DNA of 64,000 bases, taken from Eledone cirrhosa. Taxonomy: Eukaryota. The position numbers and the translations under genes were made by a program. Below the pieces are notes generated by a model. That model searched no databases. It saw nothing but the letters and a program-made list of their open reading frames with translations, and had not been told where the DNA came from. The stretch spans positions 47,616,001 to 47,680,000 of the forward strand of contig OZ024745.1 in NCBI GenBank assembly GCA_964016885.1, given 5' to 3'. Below, piece after piece: positions 53,539 through 64,000 of this stretch. Within the stretch, counting starts at the first letter, position 1; every line of letters begins with the position of its first letter.

Positions 53539-53829
53539 GTATATATGTATATATGTATATATATGTATATATATGTATATATGTATATATGTATATATAT
53601 GTATATATGTATATATATATATGTGTATATATGTATATATATGTATATATGTATATATGTATATATGTATATATGTATATATATGTATATATGTATATAT
53701 ATGTATATATATGTATATATGTATATGTATATATGTATATATATGTATATATGTATATATATATATATATGTATATATATGTATATATGTATATGTATAT
53801 ATGTATATATATATATATGTATATATATG

Positions 53830-53860
<31 letters not shown>

Positions 53861-53937
53861 GTATATATATGTATATATGTATATGTATATATGTATATAT
53901 ATATATATATGTATATATATGTATATATGTATATATG

Positions 53938-53986
<49 letters not shown>

Positions 53987-54046
53987 GTATATATATATAT
54001 GTGTATATATATATGTATATATATGTATATATGTATATATATATAT

Positions 54047-54078
<32 letters not shown>

Positions 54079-54411
54079 GTATATATATGTATGTATATAT
54101 ATATATGTATATATATGTATATATATATGTATATATATATATGTATATATATATATGTATGTATATATATATATGTATATATATATATGTATGTATATAT
54201 ATATATATGTATATATATATATGTATGTATATATATATATATGTATATATATATATGTATGTATATATATGTATATATATATGTATATATATATATGTAT
54301 ATATATATATGTATATATATATATGTATATATATATATATGTATATATATATATGTATATATATATATATGTATATATATGTATATATATATATATGTAT
54401 AATTATATATG

Positions 54412-54458
<47 letters not shown>

Positions 54459-54671
54459 GTATATATATATATGTATATATATATATGTATATATATATAT
54501 GTATATATATATGTATATATATGTATATATATGTATATATATATGTATATATATATATGTATATATGTATATATATATATATGTATATATGTATATATAT
54601 ATGTATATATATATGTATATATATATGTATATATATATATGTATATATATATATATGTATATATATATATG

Positions 54672-54766
<95 letters not shown>

Positions 54767-54809
54767 GTATATATATATATGTATATATATATATGTATAT
54801 ATATATATT

Positions 54810-54844
<35 letters not shown>

Positions 54845-55017
54845 GTATATATATATGTATATATGTATATATATGTATATATATATATGTATATATATAT
54901 ATATGTGTGTATATATATGTGTGTGTATATATATGTGTGTGTATATATATATATATATGTATATATATGTATATATATATATGTATATATATATATGTAT
55001 ATATATATGTATATATG

Positions 55018-55048
<31 letters not shown>

Positions 55049-55073
55049 GTATATATATATATGTATATATATG

Positions 55074-55120
<47 letters not shown>

Positions 55121-55135
55121 GTATATATATATATG

Positions 55136-55166
<31 letters not shown>

Positions 55167-55213
55167 GTATATATGTATATATGTATATATGTATATATAT
55201 ATATGTATATATA

Positions 55214-55244
<31 letters not shown>

Positions 55245-55256
55245 GTATTATATATA

Positions 55257-55297
<41 letters not shown>

Positions 55298-55333
55298 ATA
55301 TATATATGTATGTATATATATATATGTATATAT

Positions 55334-55368
<35 letters not shown>

Positions 55369-55461
55369 GTATATCTATATATATATGTATATATATATAT
55401 ATATGTGTATATATATATATATGTGTATATATATATATATGTGTATATATATATATATGTG

Positions 55462-55510
<49 letters not shown>

Positions 55511-55640
55511 GTATAGTATATATGTATGTATGTATATGTATATAATATATATATATGTGTATGTATGTATATGTATATATATATGTATATATGTATGTAT
55601 GTATATGTATAATATATATATATATGTATGTATGTATATG

Positions 55641-55673
<33 letters not shown>

Positions 55674-55744
55674 ATGTATATATATATGTATGTATGTATG
55701 TATGTATATGTATATATATATGTATGTATGTATGTATGTATATG

Positions 55745-55775
<31 letters not shown>

Positions 55776-56370
55776 ATGTATATATGTATATATATATATG
55801 TATGTAAGTATATGTATATATGTATGTATTATGTATGTATGTATGTATGTATGTATGTATGTATGTATATATATATATGTATATATATATATATGTATGT
55901 ATATGTATATATATATATGTATGTATGTATGTGTATATATATGTATGTATGTATGTGTATATATATGTATGTATGTATGTATATGTATATATATATATGT
56001 ATGTATGTATATGTATATATATGTATATGTGTATAGTATGTATATGTATATATGTATGTATGTATATGTATATATATATGTATATGTATATATGTATGTA
56101 TGTATATGTATATATATATATATATGTATATGTATATATGTATGTATATGTATATATATATGTATATGTATGTATATATATATGTATGTATATGTATATG
56201 TGTATGTATGTATATATATATGTATATGTATGTATGTATGTATATATATATATGTATGTATGTATGTATATGTATATATATATATGTATATATATGTATG
56301 TATGTATATATATATATATATGTATGTATGTATGTATATGTATATATATATGTATGTATGTATGTATATG

Positions 56371-56403
<33 letters not shown>

Positions 56404-56715
56404 ATGTATATATATGTATGTATGTATATGTATATATATGTATGTATGTATATATATATATATATGTATGTATGTATGTATGTGTATATATATATATGTA
56501 TATGTATATGTATATATATATATGTATGTATATATATATATATGTATGTATATATATATATATGTATGTATGTATATATATATATATGTATGTATGTATA
56601 TGTATATATATATATATGTATGTATGTATGTATGTATATGTATGTATATATGTATGTATGTATATGTATATATATATGTATGTATGTATGTATATGTATA
56701 TATATATGTATTTAT

Positions 56716-57320
56716 GTCAGGTCACCAGTTGGTGCTACTGGTAACATGTATCCCAGTACAACCCTGTCTCATGGTCGGGTCGTTGGCGACTAAACTGGCA
56801 ACCCACCAAGGTTTCTTGGTGAGGAGGGTGACTTTGGACATCCTGCAGGACTAAAAACAAAACCTGTCAAAGGGCAAAGGAGCTCTTAAGAGTCAATGGC
56901 CATCCAAAATCACCGGGAGAGATGACCCCTTAGCCTTTGTCAAGGCAGAATTCTAGGAGAAGGAAAACTCTGATATAACACCTGCAACCCTGATGGTATC
57001 CAATGATGTTGACTTGTTCTTCTTTTTGGTAAATATCATCTTGGTTAAGAGAGTGGGACTGGCTTTGTGCAGTGCTTTGCTCACTATAAAAGCTTCACGG
57101 CACAGGCATTGCTTTATATCTGGAGATCTCTCTGCACTTGTCGTCACATGGTACCATGGGCCCAACACTATGTGTCAATAATTGTCACAAGTGTAGTCTT
57201 TGTACCAGAGTTTTCAAGTCGCTGGCTGGACTAAAAAGTCACTCGTTCAGCGCATCAGTAGGGGTTCTCCTACATGGATATAAAGTAGTGGCCGTACTCG
57301 AAAACGAGTTGGCAGCCACC
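56716..57320 (+). mobile_element. Longest copy (~605 bp) of the bipartite RTE-derived non-autonomous element
   Basis: Structured leader, TCTAGGAGAAGGAAAACTCTG motif, [20 protein letters not shown] remnant and 3' end GGCAGCCACC. Confidence 0.85.
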
Positions 57321-57378
<58 letters not shown>

Positions 57379-57391
57379 GTATATATATATG

Positions 57392-57464
<73 letters not shown>

Positions 57465-57465
57465 T

Positions 57466-57534
<69 letters not shown>

Positions 57535-57571
57535 GTATATATATATGTATATATATATGTATATATATATG

Positions 57572-57716
<145 letters not shown>

Positions 57717-57729
57717 GTATATATATATG

Positions 57730-57761
<32 letters not shown>

Positions 57762-57802
57762 TTATATATATATGTATATATATATATGTATATATATATA
57801 TG

Positions 57803-57849
<47 letters not shown>

Positions 57850-57878
57850 GTATATATATATATGTATATATATATATG

Positions 57879-57931
<53 letters not shown>

Positions 57932-57969
57932 TATATATATATATATGTATATATATATAATGTATATAA

Positions 57970-58001
<32 letters not shown>

Positions 58002-58224
58002 GTATATATATGTATATGTATATATATGTATATATGTATATGTATATGTATATATATATATGTATATATGTATATGTATATATATATATGTATATATGTA
58101 TATGTATATATATATATGTATATATGTATATGTATATGTATATATGTATATGTATATATATATATGTATATATATATATGTATATATGTATATGTATATA
58201 TATATATATGTATATATGTATATG

Positions 58225-58255
<31 letters not shown>

Positions 58256-58426
58256 GTATATATATATGTATATATATATGTATATATATATATGTATATA
58301 TATGTATATATATATGTATATATATATATGTATATATATATATATGTATATGTATATATATGTATATATGTATATATGTGTATATGTATATATATATATG
58401 TATATATATATATATGTATATATGTG

Positions 58427-58466
<40 letters not shown>

Positions 58467-58607
58467 TATATATATATATATGTATATGTATATATGTATA
58501 TATATATATATATATATATGTGTATATATATATATGTGTATATATATATATGTGTATATATATATATGTGTATATATATATATGTCGTATATATATATAT
58601 GTGTATG

Positions 58608-58658
<51 letters not shown>

Positions 58659-58856
58659 GTATGTATATATATATATGTATATATATGTATATATATATAT
58701 ATATGTATATATGTATATGTATATATGTATATATATATATATGTATATATGTATATATATATATGTATATAACTTTGAATAACTTTGAAATGTTTTGGCC
58801 AGTATTGGCCCAGGCCATGTCTAACTTAATAGCACCTCCTGGCGAAGTCTTTCAAT

Positions 58857-61800
58857 TCAGGATTTGGGCACCATGGCCCATTCGAGAAGAGAATTACTGT
58901 TTGCGGAGACATATCCGGGTGTGGGTGGTTTGTCCGGGATTACTTGGAGGAATTTGTCCAAAGACTTCTTGAATTTTGTGTGGTCAGTTTCTGTTTTGAC
59001 GTGTCCTGGTGTGATGTTGAAGAGAGCAGGGCCGATTGAGGTGAAATAATTGTGCCGTATTGTTGTTATGAGTTGCGATTTAGATTTTTGAATGGGACGG
59101 ATAGCACGGGGCCCAAGCCTTGGGTGTATCTTGAAGGCGATGCCAACATCATTTGGGCAGTGATGATGGAACATTTTCCACATCATGCAGATAATATAAC
59201 GCTCACGGCGACGTTGGAGTGATTAAAGTTTCAGGTTTTCTAATCGACCCCAGTAGTCAAGGTCTGACATGCCATCTATCTTTTCGTGATTGCCCTTTGA
59301 GGAGCTTCAAGTTTCATGATACTTTGTTTCGTGTGGGGAGACCACAGTGGACAACAGTATTCAAGGTGTGGTCGGGCGAAAGTAGAGAAGAGAAGGATAA
59401 TGGTGCGGGAATCTCTCGACTGGAAGGTTCTGAGGATCCAGGAACACATTCTGCGGGCCATGTCAACTTTGCTGCTTATATGCGTGGTCCAGCTTATGTT
59501 GCTGTCCACGGTTACTCCCAAGTCTCTGATGTTGTTAGATGCCACGAGAGTTTCCCCGGAGGGAAGGGAGTACGGGAGTTTCAGAGCATCCTCTTTTCCA
59601 AAGTGGATCAGTTCGAATTTGTCTTCGTTCAGTAACATGTTGTTCTTTTCTGCCCATTGGGTAACAGCCAGTAGGTCTGACTGAAGGCTTATCCGGTCAT
59701 CCACGCCATTGATGACCTTTTGGAGCTTGGAATCATCAGCGAAAATTTTAATGTTGTTGTGTTTGATGATGTCAGTGATGTCATTAATATAGATGATGAA
59801 GAGAAGTGGGCCCAACACAGTGCCTTGTGGGACTCCACTACTGACTTTGGCTGGGCTTGATTTGACTCCCTCAACTACAACATGTTGGGTTCTGTTTGAC
59901 AGGAAGCTCTTGATCCACTGCAGCAGCTTTCCAGTGACACCAATATTGGACAGCTTTCTCAGTAGAATGTTATGATCAACCCTGTCAAAGGCCTTGCTGA
60001 AATCAAGATAGATAACATCAGTGTTGGAACCCTCTCCCAAGGCTCTCAAAATGTCATCAAAGTGATGCAGTAGCTGCGTCAGGCAATCCCTTCCATTACG
60101 GAATCCATGCTGGTTGGAGTTCAGCATATTGTTACTCTCAAGGAAGTGGGTCATTCGCGATCTCACCACTCGCTCAAATACCTTAATGATATGAGAGGTG
60201 AGTGAGATTGGACGGTAATTCACGGCAAGGGATTTGTTTCCCTTTTTGAAAACTGGGACAACAGACTGGGATAGAAGGTTTTCTGGCACATATCCAGCAT
60301 CCAGTGAGTTCCGCCACAGATTGGCAAGAGGAGAAGCAAGTTGGTGTTGACACGCCTTCAAGACACAAGCAGGGAACCTATCGGGACCTACTGCTGAATT
60401 ATGCTTGATTTCCTTTATTGCCGCCAAGACATCAGGGGCGCCAAACGTTATGTCCGATAAGGTGTAATGGGGAGTAACATCGCCGATACAGCCCAGATCG
60501 GCCATATCAGGATTGCTGAAAACAGAGCAGTATTGTTTCTGCAGTATCTCACCCATGGTTTTAGCATTGTCTTGAAGAGTGCCATTTTCATCAATTAGAG
60601 GGCCAACAGTAGAGCCAGTGATTTTGTGTTTTTTTGCAAATGAAAAGAACACTTTGGGATTGAGTTTGATCTTCTCAATGGCCCAGGCCTCTTCAGCTCT
60701 TCTCTGATTGTTGATGAGGGACATTATGTTGTTTTGGAGGTATGTTTTTTAATCTCTAGTGATGAAATGGCAGTCAAGTTGATGTGTTGCTGCTGACAGT
60801 ATTTCAGCTTGTTGATTTTTTTGTTCGTTCTCTTAATTTTTCTGATGAGCGTTTTTCTATTTCTAGGGATTCTGCTCTTAGATTTGTTTATAGTTCTTAA
60901 TGGGGTGTGTTTAGCACATATGTTTGTAACAGTGTCCACAAATGTCTGCCAGGACTTTTTGATGTTAGTGGGTGTATGAGTGTGCGTGAAGGACCAGTCG
61001 ACATGTGCAAGATCATGACTGATCGCTTCCCAGTTTGCATTGTGGAAATCCATAGCGTCAAACGGATGGACAGGAGAGATGACATTGGGTTTGTATATTG
61101 GACGGTGGAATCTCAGATCACAGAGAACCATGTCATAGAACCATGTCATGATCAGAGAGTAGAGTTTTCTCCACTGCAATATTGTGGATATTGTCAGTGT
61201 GATTGCTGAAAATTAAGTCTAGGACGTTTTTGTGGCACCTCGTTGGTTCGAGCACTAGTTGGGATAGGAAGAAATCATCCATGAAGTCAAGAAGCGATTC
61301 CACAGCTTCCCTGTCAGAGGTTGAGACAGAAGAACCTGGTGGCAGGGTGTTTGTAGACCAGTCAACTCCGGGGAGGTTGAAGTCCCCCATCATTAAGATG
61401 TTGTCAGGGTGACACTCTTGGATGAAACACTTTATGCTGTTGAGGCATTCCTTGAAGCATGGTACAGGCGTTTGGGGTGGCCTATAGAGCCCAACTACTA
61501 ATAGGTTGTTGGTTTGACTGAATACAGTGACTGCCTCACAGTATCCATTAGTGAATATGTTCATAGCCTCTGTTGAGAAAGAATTATGGACATAAATGGC
61601 AGTTCCGCCCTTTCTTCTGCCAGCGCGATCAGCACGGATGGCTTTGAAATTTTTCACTTTCACCTCGGCTTCCAAGTGGAGGTTACTGAGATGGGTTTCA
61701 GTGAGGACGAAGAAAGGGATGTGGTTTGGATGGACATCAATCCAGTCCTCCAGGAATTTGATCTTCCATTTTTGAGTATTGGTGGAAGGGCTGATGCCTT

Positions 61801-61990
61801 GGGCGTTAAGCAAAAATGTAGAGGCGAGAGTGGATGGTTTTAATTGTTTTGGTGTGTTGTTAATTTGTTTGTTTGTTAATGGCAGCAATGGGAGTTTGTG
61901 CAGTGGGGTGATAATGGAGGGTGGTGCTGGGTGATAGCTCGAATGTTTTTTTCCAGTTCTTTTGCCAGATTCATTATGGCTAAAAAAGAG
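58857..61990 (-). pseudogene. LINE ORF2: APE endonuclease + reverse transcriptase
   Basis: LNAQG, LTETH, YRPP, GDFN, LDLIF, SDH; YRPISLT, DFSKAFD, GVPQGTVLGP, FADD. Broken by a 13-bp duplication (~61135), a frameshift at ~60725 and a 1-nt deletion at ~59283 relative to the 48-kb copy. Confidence 0.92.
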
Positions 61991-63050
61991 GAAGAGGTTT
62001 CCTGTTTAGAAGACTGTTGGTGACTGTGGTAGTGGTTATTTTTATGTAGGTTATGGTTTTTGTTTTTGCTTTTATTTTTAATTTTATTTTCATTTATCCG
62101 ACGGGTCCCCGGGAGATGGGTAAAGGGACAATCCCGGTCTAAACACAATCTGTCTCGCAGGGAAAAACGGCAGATTTGTGGATTCCTTGTTTGAGTTATT
62201 GGTGGTTGTGTTGGTGTTAAATTAGAGTATCTATTATGGTGGTGGCTGTTTGTGGGGATAGATCGTTTTGTCCTAGGTAAATGGGTGAATTTGCAGCCAC
62301 TATCCGTACATATTCTATAGCGTAGAGAGTAGCGGCAAATGATGGGGTTTCGAGTGGGTGGGTATGTGGGTGTGTGTGTTGTGAGGGGTGTAGATGATGG
62401 TTTGGGTAGGATTTGACGACCTTTGTGGACTGTGGGAGGGAGAGTTCTTGTTCTGGTATTAGAAGGTAAATTCCTTGACATAGCAGTAGACAAAAATGTT
62501 GTAGTAGTAGTAGTAGGCAGAGAAGATGTTGGCAGTGGTGATGATTGGACTGCTGGGCCAGAGAAAGGATGTGGCGTTTCATGCTGTGAGACAGAGGCTA
62601 CTGGGGGGTCAATAGTTTCATTTAGTAGATCGGCCATTGTTGATGAATCAAGGAGTGGTTCACACTGTTGTTGTCGTTGCTGTTGTTGTCGTTGCTGTTG
62701 TTGATGTTGTTGTTGTAGCTGTTGTTGATGTTGTTGTTGTAGCTGTTGTTGTTGTTGCTGTTGTAGCTGCTGTTGTTGTTGTTGCTGCTGCTGGACAGCA
62801 TTCGAAGAGAAAACACACCGTAGTTTATCCAAATGTTTATTGATTAATTTAAAAGCAATTTCGATTTGCTTTAATTTATTTTGAATCTGTTGTTCAGATC
62901 GAGTTTTCAAAATTGAACTGTACGTTTAGCAATGTCGTTCAGAGATGAAGCATGTATGTCTTCTGTTTGGGAAAGGCAATGCCATGTGTTTATTAGAATG
63001 TCGATTTCATTATCAGACCAGTTCTGTTTGGATTTTTGCTGGTTAGCCAT
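61876..63050 (-). pseudogene. LINE ORF1: Myb/SANT-like N-terminus, polyQ, Pro/Thr-rich linker, two CCCH zinc fingers (one frameshift near 62915)
   Basis: [23 protein letters not shown].. then, after a frameshift, ..RSEQQIQNKLKQI; CRYSLRYRICTDSGCKFTH; CRFSLRDRLCLDRDCPFTH. Confidence 0.75.
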
Positions 63051-63426
63051 TCTAGTTTTGAGTGTGTGTGTGTTTTAGTTAAGTATTTCAATATATATAT
63101 ATTTTTTTTTAAATTTATTTTTGATTTATTTTTGTTTTTATGTATATATGTGTATATATATATATATATGTATATATATATGTGTATATATGTATATATA
63201 TGTATATATATGTATGTATATATATGTATATATATGTATATATATATATGTATATATATGTATATATATGTATATATATATATGTATATATATGTATATA
63301 TATGTATATATATGTATATATATATGTATATATATGTATATATATATGTATATATATGTATATATATATATATATGTATATATATGTATATATATGTATA
63401 TATATATATATGTATATATATGTATA

Positions 63427-63639
<213 letters not shown>

Positions 63640-63640
63640 G

Positions 63641-63721
<81 letters not shown>

Positions 63722-63761
63722 GTATATGTATATATATATGTATATGTATATGTATATATAT

Positions 63762-63793
<32 letters not shown>

Positions 63794-63794
63794 G

Positions 63795-63863
<69 letters not shown>

Positions 63864-63874
63864 GTATATATATG

Positions 63875-63939
<65 letters not shown>

Positions 63940-63950
63940 GTATATATATG

Positions 63951-63983
<33 letters not shown>

Positions 63984-64000
63984 GTATATATATGTATATA

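Larger units (their letters stand above)
58769..63140 (-). mobile_element. Near full-length CR1-group LINE (ORF1 + APE/RT ORF2), frameshifted
   Basis: ORF1, EN, RT, short 3' UTR and (TTCAAAGTTA)x2 tail; both ends abut TA microsatellite. Confidence 0.95.

Noticed and set aside
56716-56800. HDV-like or twister ribozyme in the RTE-derived leader
   Set aside because: A partial P1/P3-like match exists, but P1.1 and P2 order do not fit, and the twister core motif is absent.

Overview
AT-rich, repeat-saturated animal genomic DNA. The SINE repertoire and the huge (TA)n/(TATG)n tracts suggest an octopod cephalopod (inference). Host-gene content is small: one terminal coding exon (17580-18002, +) with an AU-rich 3' UTR, and a probable first exon of another gene (ATG 39809, donor 39885, +). 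The rest is transposon-derived. It includes a near full-length CR1-group LINE (58769-63140, -) plus a 5'-truncated copy, an R4-clade RLE LINE, RTE fragments, a ~600-bp bipartite RTE-derived non-autonomous element (3 copies), two tRNA-SINE families, Tc1/mariner, hAT and TTAA-type MITEs, a 48-bp minisatellite, and microsatellite covering most of 43.6-64 kb with a 200-N gap. The first notable signal is a set of type I hammerhead ribozymes in Penelope-like termini beside TA tracts: one canonical, several minimal with palindromic helix III, one covarying pair, and fold-back half-hammerheads. The second is the CR1-group LINE, whose ORF1 has a Myb/SANT-like domain, polyQ and two CCCH fingers, and whose AUG-less ORF2 opens in the -1 frame just upstream of two in-frame canonical slippery heptamers. 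All structure calls were made by eye; no searches or folding programs were run.
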